Of a stretch of DNA of 64,000 nucleotides, positions 52,776-62,271 are shown piece by piece. Source of the DNA: Candidatus Eiseniibacteriota bacterium (lineage in GTDB: Bacteria > Eisenbacteria > RBG-16-71-46). The position numbers and the translations under genes were made by a program. The number at the start of each line of letters is the position of its first letter. Position 1 is the stretch's first letter. The notes beneath the pieces were generated by a model. The model made no database searches. It was not told where the DNA came from and saw nothing but the letters and a program-made list of their open reading frames with translations. The DNA is taken from positions 128,001 to 192,000 of the forward strand of contig JBGPFC010000003.1 of NCBI GenBank assembly GCA_041483195.1. The letters run 5' to 3'.

Positions 52776-53867
52776 AAGCGGACTGGAATCTCGAGCTGAA
52801 CCAGCTTTCAAAGGGAAGGGCAGCAGCGAGTCCGGCGGGGCGCAGAACGTGAGCTGCCGGCCCCCCGGGGGACCGGCGGCCAGATCGCGCACGAACAGCA
52901 CGACCACAGAGTCGCGCGCGTCGAATGCGCGGTACGCGACGCGCCGTCCGTCCAGCGAAACGCGCAGCTCGGGATCATCCCCGGGCGCGTATGGGAACGG
53001 ATGCGTCGTCGTATCCCGGAATCCGAATACGAGCCATCGCGTCGGGCTCCAAGTTCGACGAACAGCAATGAGCAGTTCGGCTCCTCCGCGGGCACTCGCA
53101 GGCCACCACTGCAGGTCCCTGAGGTGGGTGGACACACCGTCCACTCCAGCCAGCAGGGTCCGCCGGGTACCGCTCGCCAGATCGAGCGCTGCGACCTCTT
53201 CCGGGCGCCGCTGCCAGTCCACGTAGACGATTGCGGAATCATCCCACGTCCACTGGGGATAGATTCCGTCGCTCACGCCACCGGTCCCGCGCAGAGGCCA
53301 GTCGGCACCGATCACCGTGTCGTGGATGTGAATGCCGCTGGATTCGGGTGGCTGGCTGTAGAATCGCGAGACGATGCTGTATGCGATGTACCGGCCGGAA
53401 TGGGACCACTGAGGATACCCGAACCCGAGATCCGAATAGACCACCACGGACGTCAGGCCGGACCCCACATCGATCGTGGCAAGGCCGCGCCCGTAGGCCC
53501 CGACCAGAAGCCGGTCATCCGGCGAGAACGCCAGATGCCGCGGAAAGAAGAAGCTCGCGGGGGTGAGGAAGCGAGGACTTCCGCCTTCCGCAGAGATCAG
53601 GTAGATCCCGGGCGGCCCGTCGCGGCTGACAACAACTCGTCGGAAGGCGATCGTCCTGCCGTCGTGGGACCATGCTTCCGGCCAGTCCGCGGGCAGGTAT
53701 CGATAGGGCGAGGTCGAAGGCGGGCGAGGTTCGGGAACAACCTGAACCCTCGGCTGCGTGGGCTTCGCAGAACAGGAACACAGCCACGCCAGGCAGGTGA
53801 CACCGAGCAGCGCTCCGTTCCCCGCCGCGCGGGCATGGGCCCAGCGCCTTCGTTGCATCAACGGCAT
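52653..53867 (-). CDS. TolB/PD40-like beta-propeller lipoprotein
   Basis: Lipobox-like WLCSC; WSHDGR, FSPDDR, WSHSGR repeats. 3' end overlaps oppC on the antisense strand. Start approximate. Confidence 0.7.
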   Translation of the reverse strand: MPLMQRRRWAHARAAGNGALLGVTCLAWLCSCSAKPTQPRVQVVPEPRPPSTSPYRYLPADWPEAWSHDGRTIAFRRVVVSRDGPPGIYLISAEGGSPRFLTPASFFFPRHLAFSPDDRLLVGAYGRGLATIDVGSGLTSVVVYSDLGFGYPQWSHSGRYIAYSIVSRFYSQPPESSGIHIHDTVIGADWPLRGTGGVSDGIYPQWTWDDSAIVYVDWQRRPEEVAALDLASGTRRTLLAGVDGVSTHLRDLQWWPASARGGAELLIAVRRTWSPTRWLVFGFRDTTTHPFPYAPGDDPELRVSLDGRRVAYRAFDARDSVVVLFVRDLAAGPPGGRQLTFCAPPDSLLPFPLKAGSARDSSPLLRHVRPVLRVERVAQSVAQEVEAQQRERERDPGKHHEPRK

Positions 53868-53878
53868 GACTCGAGTTA

Positions 53879-55665
53879 TCAGCGAATCAGTGCGAACCAT
53901 TCTGAAAGGCGGCTGCCCCCCGCCCTGACCAGGGCGAAGTAAATCCCGGGCCCGCTCCGCCTCCCCTCCTCGTCCCTGCCGTCCCACACCATCGGGTGCG
54001 GACCGGCCTCCAGCAATTCTGATCTCACCAGCCGCCGCACGGATCGCCCGAGCACGTCAACGATCGTGACGGAGGTCGGTGCGCTACGTCGCAGCACCAA
54101 TCCGAAATTCACGGTCCCCACCGCCGGATTGGGTCGTGCCGGGTACAAAGTCAGGTCGGTGATCGGTGCGGCAGGTGCAATGGTGCCTTCGGCACCGACT
54201 CTCTGCAAGAACGCGCGAGTCGTAGACGCTGACGGGTCGTCTTCGGACCAGGCGACGTAGGCACCGGACTCCCCGTCACTCACGGGGGTGCTGGGCACGG
54301 CGTTCACCGCTCCCGCACCCAGGGCAATGCCGTCGATGGGCCAGCCGTCGGCGATCCCTCCATCGCCGCGCACTCGCTGGACGTACGCGCTCGCCATGAA
54401 GAACATGGTCGGATCGTCTCGATGATCGGACCACGCAATCACAGCCCCGCCGGTGCCATCTGCAGCGAGCTTGGGGGCGAGTTGGTTGCCCCCCGCGCAC
54501 CACAAACAACCGTTCCCTCCGCGGGCCAGCCGGGCCCTCGGGCCCCGGTCGCTGTGGCCCGACTCGCGAAGATATCCCAGTTTCCCGACCGGGCATCCTC
54601 CCACACCAGCAGAATCCCGCCCGCGCCGTCGCTGCATGCACGAGGGTTAGTCTGCTCGCCGATCGCGGTGCAAACCGGCACGCCCTCAGTCGGCCAGCCA
54701 GCCGCCACCGCTCCTGCTCCGGTCAGGCGAGCGACGTAGATATCACCCACGTCCGCTCGGGTGTCGTCCCACGCAACCAGGGCCCCGCCATCTCCCGTAG
54801 GCAAGATCGCGCCAGCATTCTGCCCTCCCAGCGTGCCTGATATCAGCACTCCCGCAACCGGCCACCCGGGCGAAAGCGCACCCGACCCCGAGATTCGCTG
54901 ACATAACAGGTCCGAACTCGTGAACGGCGTCGTGAACGGCGTCCACGTTAGGAGAACCCCGCCAGACCCATCTTGACACGCCCGAAAATCGAGACCCTCT
55001 GCTGTGGCCACGACGATCCCGGTATCGGGCCACCCACTCACCACGAGACCGTCGGCGGAAAAGTGCTGAATCCGGAGCGCCCACACAGGCAGGCGGATCG
55101 TGTCGAACCACGAGACGAAGGCCCCACCAGCACCGTCGGTCGTGATGTTCGGGATCTCGCAGGTCCCTTTCGCGCATACTGGAATCCCATCCTTCGCCCA
55201 GCCGGCGGCGATCGCCCCATTTCTGCCCAGCCGCTGGGCGTAGATATCCGGGCGACGATTGCGCCTGTCCATCCAAGCAACGATCGCGTTCCCTTCCGGG
55301 TCGGTCACGCCGGTCGCGTAATCCTGAAGATCGATTGCACCGCAGATCAGGGCCCCATTGATCGGCCACCCCGAAGCCACGTCGCCAAACGGCGTGAATC
55401 GTTGCGCGTACACGTCGTAGTCTTCGAACCGGTCGCCGTACTCGTCCCAGACAGCGATCACGCCATTTCGCCCGTCGCTCGCCAGCCATGGGCTTGACTG
55501 GTGGGACGACCGGGTCGATAACGGATTCCCCTGAGCACTCCAGTCAGCGGATGATTCACCTGGCGCCAGAAGGAGAGCGAGACCCGCTGCGAGACCCGTG
55601 AGAGCCGGGACCGAAAATCCGAGGCGCCCCTTGATCGGGTCCCACTTGCGAATCCTCTCGCGCAC
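53879..55665 (-). pseudogene. Frameshifted secreted 8x 'DGxGG' repeat beta-propeller protein with FlgD/T9SS-CTD-like tail
   Basis: ORFs 54439..55890 and 53879..54637 join across the C6 tract at 54489-54494. Same repeat family as 62272..63999. Start approximate. Confidence 0.7.
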
Positions 55666-56056
55666 TGGCGCCGGAGAGCACGGCTCGCGAGACGATCCGG
55701 CGCGCCATTTCCCTAGTACCTCCTCACGAACGGCGCCGCCACCTCGCGAGGAGTGCTCGACATCGTATTCCTCGTGAAGATCGTTCACGCTTCCAATTCC
55801 GTCGTGAGCAAAGCCGTCTTGCATTTGATACACCGGCGAACGGCAGTACATCGCCTTCCGGAGTGAACTCGAATGAATGGACGTGACCAAAGCATGGCTT
55901 CGGGAGGGCTAGAGCGCAACACTCGGCTCCTGCCACTCGACTCCTTCCCTTCACCCAAAGTGCGCCCCGAGCTACCCAATCAGGAGCGGGGGATCCGGCG
56001 CCGGAAGCAGCATGAGCCCCGGCCGGCGGTGAGCGTCGCGCCGTCCTCGCGCGCGG

Positions 56057-58159
56057 TCAGCGCGTGGAGTCTGCGGGGCCGAGCGCGCGCAGCATCGCCT
56101 CGGCCGCGCTGCGCTGCGACTCCGCGCCGTCCTCCCATCGTGCAGCGAGCGCCCGTCGCAGCGCGGCGCGCGTCTCGCCGCGCCGGCCTAACGACATGAG
56201 CGCGGCCGCCTCGAGCGCGTGGCCGGTCGCCGCGCCGGGGTACATCGCGACGATGCGCCGCGCGGTCGCGAGCGCGCCCTCCGCGCGCGCCAGCTCGAGC
56301 TGCGCGCGCGTCTGATCCACGAGGATGAGCGCGTCCTTCGGCGCGAGACGCTCCGCCTGGACGAACGCGGCGTCGGCCTCGTCGGCCATCAGCGACGCGA
56401 GCGACGCGAGGGATGCGTGCGCATCGCCAGTCGTGTCCGCGAATACAGCCCGCGCTCGCATCGCCAGCGCGTTCGCGAGGCGCTGTACGTTCGAGGCGCG
56501 GCGTGGCTCGCGCCGCATCGCGCCGCCCCCCGCGACCTCGGCGGCGAGCGCGGCGGACTTGGCCGCCGCGAGGTCCCGGTTCGCGAGCGCGGCGCCCGCG
56601 AGCGCGACTCGCGAATCGCACTCGAGGCGGAGCAGCTCGTCGTCGATGGGATCGAGCGCCACCGCGCGCTTCGCGGCGCGCACCGATTCCGCGGCTCGCG
56701 TGGCGCGATCGCGAGGGTCTGCGGCTACGCTGTCCGTCAGCGTATCGCGCGCGCGGCCCGCCGCGGCGAGGGCGCTCATCTCGCGCACGGCGCCCGCGGC
56801 CAGCACCGCGAGCACCACGAGGCCGATCGCCGCCGCGATCGCCGGCGTACGTGCCGGCGGCCGGGCCTCGACCGGCTCGCGCGTGCATGCGGCGACCATC
56901 GCGGCGAGCGTGACGAACACGGCGGCCCCCGCCAGCCCTACGGGATTGAACGCGCCCGCGATCACGAGACTCACGCATGCGGATCCGATCGCCACGATTT
57001 CCGCGCGGTGGTCCGTCGCCCTCCGCCACGCGATCGCGATCACGAATCCGAGCGCGATCAGCCACATCAGCCCCGCGAGCGTGCCCGCCACGCCGCAGGT
57101 CGTGAGGATCTGGAGCGCCGCGGAGTGCGCGTGCACCGGCACGCCGATCCACTCATCACGCCACAGCGCCGCGGTCTGCACCGAGGGGAACGTCAGGCCG
57201 AACGTATCGGGTCCAGTCCCGAGCCACCGATGCGCGCGCCACAGGGCGAGCGCCCCGCGCGCGATCTCCATGCGCGCCGCGCCCGACGTCGCTCCGGCGT
57301 GCGCGGCTTCGGCGATGCGCGCGGCGATTGCGCCACGCAGGGCGATCGCGCTCCACGCGGCGGCGGGTAGGACCGCCACGGCAAGTGTCAGCCCGACGCG
57401 GCGCGCCGCGTGCGGCGTGCGCAGCGCGAGCGCGCCCGCGATCGCCGCGAGCACGCCCAGCGCCGCGGCCAGCCACGCGCCACGCGAGAGCGTGGCCGCG
57501 ATCGCCGTCGCGAGCAGCACCGCGCCCGGCGCGATGCGCCACGGATCGCCCCGCCCGCTCGCGAGTCGCGCGGCCGCGACCGCGAGCGCGGCCGCGAGCA
57601 ACGCGCCGAGCAGGATGGGATTGCCGAGCGTCGAAGATGGCCGGAGCGCGGACCACGCTCCCGACGGATAGGTCGTCGCGTTGGCCCACACCAGCGGATC
57701 GAGGCCCGCGAACTGAATCATCGCGTACGCCGCGGCGATCACCGCGCACGCGAGGAGCACGTTCAGCGTGCGGCGCGCGGCGGCGGCGCCAACATGCGAG
57801 CGCCGCGCCCCGGCGTAGAGCCCGGCGAGCGCGAGCGTGGTGAGCAATCCCTCGCGCTGCTCGATCTCACCGAGGAGACTGAGGCGCGGCGACACGCTCG
57901 TGAGCGTCGAGAGCGCGGAGGCAACCACCCACGCGACGACGGCGAGATCCATCGCGACCACCGCGCGCGAGCCCGCCGCGGGGCGCCCGCGTCCGCGCGT
58001 CACCAATGCTTCCACCAGCAACGCCGCGAGCGAGGAAAGCCCGATCGCGCGCAGCGCGGCGGCCTTCGCCGCGTTGAACGGATCGAGCAGCCCGGGGATG
58101 AAGGCGAGGATGACGAGCGCGAGCGCCGCGCGGACCGCGACGCGTGCGAGGCGCGCTAT
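56057..58159 (-). CDS. O-antigen ligase (Wzy_C)-family membrane protein with TPR C-terminus
   Basis: STLGNP, TLSRGAWLA, GTGPDTF, HAHS motifs and TPR-like tail. The frame stays open upstream of the track start (PGLLDPFNAAK) to ATA 58159. Confidence 0.8.
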   Translation of the reverse strand: MARLARVAVRAALALVILAFIPGLLDPFNAAKAAALRAIGLSSLAALLVEALVTRGRGRPAAGSRAVVAMDLAVVAWVVASALSTLTSVSPRLSLLGEIEQREGLLTTLALAGLYAGARRSHVGAAAARRTLNVLLACAVIAAAYAMIQFAGLDPLVWANATTYPSGAWSALRPSSTLGNPILLGALLAAALAVAAARLASGRGDPWRIAPGAVLLATAIAATLSRGAWLAAALGVLAAIAGALALRTPHAARRVGLTLAVAVLPAAAWSAIALRGAIAARIAEAAHAGATSGAARMEIARGALALWRAHRWLGTGPDTFGLTFPSVQTAALWRDEWIGVPVHAHSAALQILTTCGVAGTLAGLMWLIALGFVIAIAWRRATDHRAEIVAIGSACVSLVIAGAFNPVGLAGAAVFVTLAAMVAACTREPVEARPPARTPAIAAAIGLVVLAVLAAGAVREMSALAAAGRARDTLTDSVAADPRDRATRAAESVRAAKRAVALDPIDDELLRLECDSRVALAGAALANRDLAAAKSAALAAEVAGGGAMRREPRRASNVQRLANALAMRARAVFADTTGDAHASLASLASLMADEADAAFVQAERLAPKDALILVDQTRAQLELARAEGALATARRIVAMYPGAATGHALEAAALMSLGRRGETRAALRRALAARWEDGAESQRSAAEAMLRALGPADSTR

Positions 58160-59580
58160 CGGACCAGCACCACGCGGCTGGTGGCGACGTGTCCGCCGCC
58201 GTCGGTCGCGCGCAGGAAGTAAACGCCCGCCGGCAGCAGCCGGCCGTCATCCGCCGTCGCGTTCCACAACCAGCGGCCGGTCGTGCCGGTCCCCTCGCCC
58301 ACGCGGCTGCCGCGCGCGTCGAACACGTCGAACTTGAGCGCGCCGGCCGAGCCCGACCAGGTGACGAACGCGGGACCGCGCGAGGGATTCGGCATCACGC
58401 GCAGGTTGAACGAGGCGGGCGATGCGATCGAGGGCGGGACGCTCACGTTCACCAGCGGCTCGCCGATCAGCCGGAACGAGAGCGCGCGGTCGAGCAGCGG
58501 GTTCCAGATGCCGGTCGAGGTCGAACGCGTGAAGAAGGGACCGATGCCCGAGTTGAAATCCGCGCTCTCGCCGCCGGTCAGGCTGCGCGTGAAGATGCCG
58601 TAGTCGTGGGCCACGCGGACGAGCATCCAGTAGTCGTGATTGGGCTGGAGCGTGATGATCTGATCGAAGTCGTAGTGAGATCCCCAGAAGCCCGGGGCCG
58701 AGCCGTACTGCAGGAAGTAGGCTTCGACCAGCGACGGCGGCAGCGCCCGCGGCGGTGTCGAGACGCCCTGCGCGTCGATGATCGCGATGAGGCCGGGATC
58801 GATCGGATAGTGCGGGGAGACCGGACCGAACGCCAGCTCGAGCCAATGCAGCTTGGTGGGTACCGGCACGCGAAAGCGCTGGATGAGGTCGTAGCTCGAG
58901 CTGTCCATCAGCGAGCTGGTGGTCATCACGCTCTGAACCACGTACAGGCTCTGAAGCGCATCATCGCCGCCGCACACCGCGTGCCCGAGCAGGGGATGCC
59001 CGCCCGCGAGCGGCACGCGTGAGAGGCCGACGATGTACGCGTACGCGGTGGGCGTATCGGGCGACCCATTGTTGTCGAAGTACGCGCCCTCGGCGTTGGT
59101 CGTCACGACGTAGTCCATCGCGGTGGTGATCGCGGGCGGATCGGCCATGTGCGAGACGTGCCGGACGATGATCGGCGGGTTGTAGTCCACGCGCAGATGG
59201 TTGTACTGGAGATCCGACGGGTTGAAGCTGCGGGTGCGCAGCGTCACCGTGGTGGGATCGGGCGCGAGCGTGGTCGGGTCCCACTGCACGAAGTTGAACG
59301 TGCTGTAGGTAAAGGACGACTGCACGTTGAGGCTGCACGCCGCGACATTGCCCACGCAGCCCAGCGGCTGCGTGATGCCGGTATTGGTCCCAATGGTGTA
59401 GAGCGACCCGCTCCCGCCCTCCTGCAGCATGATCGAGCAGCCCGGGTACGAGTACGCGTTCGCCGCGGCCCCCGCGCGCGCGCCGGCGCGCCGCGACGAG
59501 GCGACGATCGCAAACACGAGCAGAGCGGCGACCAGCAGCGCGGGAACGGCGCGAGTCCAGCGTTTCACGGGGTGCTCCAC
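58156..59580 (-). CDS. Secreted protein with FlgD/T9SS-CTD-like tail
   Basis: Signal peptide; C-terminal MPNP...VFDARG...PAGVYFLR...RVVLVR. Confidence 0.75.
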   Translation of the reverse strand: MEHPVKRWTRAVPALLVAALLVFAIVASSRRAGARAGAAANAYSYPGCSIMLQEGGSGSLYTIGTNTGITQPLGCVGNVAACSLNVQSSFTYSTFNFVQWDPTTLAPDPTTVTLRTRSFNPSDLQYNHLRVDYNPPIIVRHVSHMADPPAITTAMDYVVTTNAEGAYFDNNGSPDTPTAYAYIVGLSRVPLAGGHPLLGHAVCGGDDALQSLYVVQSVMTTSSLMDSSSYDLIQRFRVPVPTKLHWLELAFGPVSPHYPIDPGLIAIIDAQGVSTPPRALPPSLVEAYFLQYGSAPGFWGSHYDFDQIITLQPNHDYWMLVRVAHDYGIFTRSLTGGESADFNSGIGPFFTRSTSTGIWNPLLDRALSFRLIGEPLVNVSVPPSIASPASFNLRVMPNPSRGPAFVTWSGSAGALKFDVFDARGSRVGEGTGTTGRWLWNATADDGRLLPAGVYFLRATDGGGHVATSRVVLVR

Positions 59581-59717
59581 GCGGGGTACGGAGAGAGCCG
59601 CGGGGCGGCTCGAAGACTCCTCAAGAGTAGTCGGCGGGGCGCGTGAGTGCGAAGCAAATTTTCGGGGCGCTCAAGGAGGGCGCGCGTGAGGCTGGGCGCG
59701 CGGCCCGGAGATCGGGG

Positions 59718-62045
59718 TCAGCGCACCAGCATCAAGCGCTTCACCGCGCTCTGCCCTGGCCACTCGTACCGCACGAAGTAGAGCCCGGCAGGCGCCCGGC
59801 CACGGCCGGCTCTTCCCTCCCAGACCAGTTCGTGGCGTCCCGCCGGATAGTCTTCGTCCGCGAGCACCGTCACGACCCGGCCCTGGAGATCCAGCACGCT
59901 CAGGCGCACGCGCGCCGCGCGCCCGACCCCGAAGCTGATTCGCGCCACGTCCGTGCTCAGGCTCGGCGCGATCGCCAGCAGTTCGAATCGATCGACGTGC
60001 GAGCTTGCCGCCACGGCGATCGGGCCGAAGGTGGTCACGCTCCCGTTCGACATCGTCGCTGTCAGCCGGTAGCAGTACCCGCGGCCGCTCACGACCTCGC
60101 GATCGAGCAAGATCGCGGTCTGACCGTCGTCATGGCGCTCGCCGTTCACCGCGACCCAGGGTCCGCTCTCGGCATCGGCTCGCTCGAGCCGGGCATCACC
60201 GATGCCCGAGGGACCGCCGAAGATCCAGCGCAGCTCGATCCCCGCGCTCGTCCAGTTCCCCTGGAAGAGCCAGAGCAGCGTGGGGGTGAGAATGTAGCCG
60301 AACTTCTCGATGCGGTTGTTACCGCTGTCAGTGACGTAGACGTTTCCACTCCCGTCCACCGCCACGCCGTAGGGAAGCTTGAACTGCCCGTCGCCGGAGC
60401 CTTGGGATCCCCACTTGGAGAGAAACGTGCCGGTGCCCGTGAACTTCTGGATGCGGTTGTTCTGTTCATCCGCAACGTAGACGTTGGCGCTCGCGTCCAC
60501 CGCGACGCCCGTGGGATAAGAGAACTGCCCGTCGCCGGAGCCCTCGGATCCCCACTTGGAGAGGAACGCTCCGCTCCCCGTGAATTTCTGGATGCGGTGG
60601 TTGTAGGTGTCCGCGACGTAGACGTCGCCGCTCGCGTCCACCGTCACGCCGTAGGGAAGGTTGAACTGCCCGTCGCCCGCGCCTCCGGACCCCCACTTGG
60701 AGAGGAACGTACCGCCGCTCGTGAATTTCTGTATACGGTAGTTGTAAGTATCCGCAACGTAGACGTTGCCGCTTCCGTCCACCGCCACACCGAAGGGAAA
60801 GTTGAACTCCCCGTTGCCCAAGCCTGGGTACCCCAATGTGGAGAGGAACGTACCGCTGCTTGTGAACTTCTGGATGTACTGGTTGCTTTCATCTGCGACG
60901 TAGACGTTGTCGCTCCCGTCCACCGCTACGCCGATGAGAGTGTTGAACTGCCCGGAGCCGGTGCCGTATGGACCCCACTTGGAGAGGAACGCGCCGCCGC
61001 CCGTGAACTTCTGGATGCGGTTGTTGTTGGCGTCCGCGACGTAGACGTTGCCGCTCCCGTCCACCGCCACACCGTACGGAAGATTGAGCTGACCGTCGCC
61101 GGAGCCTCCGGACCCCCACCTGGAGAGAAACGCACCGCTGCTCGAGAACTTCTGGATGCGCTGGTTGTCGGTATCCGCGACGTAAACGCTGCCGCTCGCG
61201 TCCACCGCCACGCCGGCGGGAAGGAATAGCTGCCCGTCGCCGGAGCCCTGGGACCCCCACTTGAGGAGGAACGTACCGCTGCTCGTGAATTTTTCGATGC
61301 GGTGGTTGTAGGTATCGGCGACGTAGACGTTGCCGCTCCCATCCACCGCCACGCCGGTGGGATAGTAGAACTGCCCGTTGCCGGAGCCTTGCGACCCCCA
61401 TTTGGAGAGAAACGCACCGCTGCTCGCGAACTTCTGAATGTGGTTGTTGTTCTTGTCCGCGACGTAGACGCTGCCGCTCCCGTCCACCGCCACCCCGATG
61501 GGATAGTTGAACTGCCCGTCGCTGGAGCCGAATGAACCCCACTTGGAGAGGAACGTGCCGGTGCTCGTGAACTTCTGGATGCGGTAGTTGCCCGTGTCCG
61601 CGACATAGACGTTGCCGCTCCCGTCCACCGCCACACCATAGGGAGTATTGAACTGCCCATCGCCGGAGCCTCCGGACCCCCACTTGGAGAGGAACGTGCC
61701 GCTGCTCGTGAGTTTCTGGATGCGCCGGTTGCCGGCGTCCGCGACGTAGATGTTGCCGCTACCGTCCGCCGCCACGCCATGGGGCGTGTCGAACTGCCCG
61801 TCGCCGGAGCCGAATGAGCCCCACTGGGCGAGGAATGTACCGTTGCTCGTGAACTTCTGAATGCGGTTGTTGCCGGTGTCCGCGATGTAGACGTTGCCGC
61901 TCCCGTCCACCGCCACGCCGGCGGGAGCGTTGAAGATCGGCGGGGTTCCCCATTTCAAGAGAAATGCTGGAGGGTTCTCGGCCGAGGCAGCGGTGCAGAG
62001 CATGAGAGTGCCGCATGCCACGAGCAACGATCGCAATGCTCTCAT
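59718..62045 (-). CDS. Secreted NHL-repeat (12x) protein with FlgD/T9SS-CTD-like tail
   Basis: ATG 62045 after AGGAAGG, signal peptide, 12 copies of FxxPxGVAVDGSGNVYVADxxNxRIQKF, tail PAGLYFVR...KRLMLVR. Confidence 0.9.
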   Translation of the reverse strand: MRALRSLLVACGTLMLCTAASAENPPAFLLKWGTPPIFNAPAGVAVDGSGNVYIADTGNNRIQKFTSNGTFLAQWGSFGSGDGQFDTPHGVAADGSGNIYVADAGNRRIQKLTSSGTFLSKWGSGGSGDGQFNTPYGVAVDGSGNVYVADTGNYRIQKFTSTGTFLSKWGSFGSSDGQFNYPIGVAVDGSGSVYVADKNNNHIQKFASSGAFLSKWGSQGSGNGQFYYPTGVAVDGSGNVYVADTYNHRIEKFTSSGTFLLKWGSQGSGDGQLFLPAGVAVDASGSVYVADTDNQRIQKFSSSGAFLSRWGSGGSGDGQLNLPYGVAVDGSGNVYVADANNNRIQKFTGGGAFLSKWGPYGTGSGQFNTLIGVAVDGSDNVYVADESNQYIQKFTSSGTFLSTLGYPGLGNGEFNFPFGVAVDGSGNVYVADTYNYRIQKFTSGGTFLSKWGSGGAGDGQFNLPYGVTVDASGDVYVADTYNHRIQKFTGSGAFLSKWGSEGSGDGQFSYPTGVAVDASANVYVADEQNNRIQKFTGTGTFLSKWGSQGSGDGQFKLPYGVAVDGSGNVYVTDSGNNRIEKFGYILTPTLLWLFQGNWTSAGIELRWIFGGPSGIGDARLERADAESGPWVAVNGERHDDGQTAILLDREVVSGRGYCYRLTATMSNGSVTTFGPIAVAASSHVDRFELLAIAPSLSTDVARISFGVGRAARVRLSVLDLQGRVVTVLADEDYPAGRHELVWEGRAGRGRAPAGLYFVRYEWPGQSAVKRLMLVR
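60301..61950 (-). repeat. Intragenic tandem repeat, 141-bp (47-aa) period, 12 units
   Basis: For example CCCACTTGG recurs at 60551 and 60692. Confidence 0.9.
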
Positions 62046-62271
62046 CGAGACGGCCTTCCTGTGGCGGGACGCGCAGTGCGACTGCGCCAAGCAAGGGTAC
62101 GCCTCCGGATGGACGGCCGACAGGCCGAAGATTGCCCACTTGAGTGCATGCCGGAGTACTCGGCCGCGGCTCGCGCCACTGCCCAAGGGCATTGCGGGCG
62201 GAAGCACGACGCACTTGTTCGAGGGCGCGCTGAGTGCGTGATCGGCCGCCCGCCCACGCCCGAGGCAGCCC

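Noticed and set aside
55975..56000. Possible target duplication of the oppC 3' end (CAGGAGCGGG versus CAGGACCGGG at about 52752)
   Set aside because: The match is too short and imperfect to support an att site.
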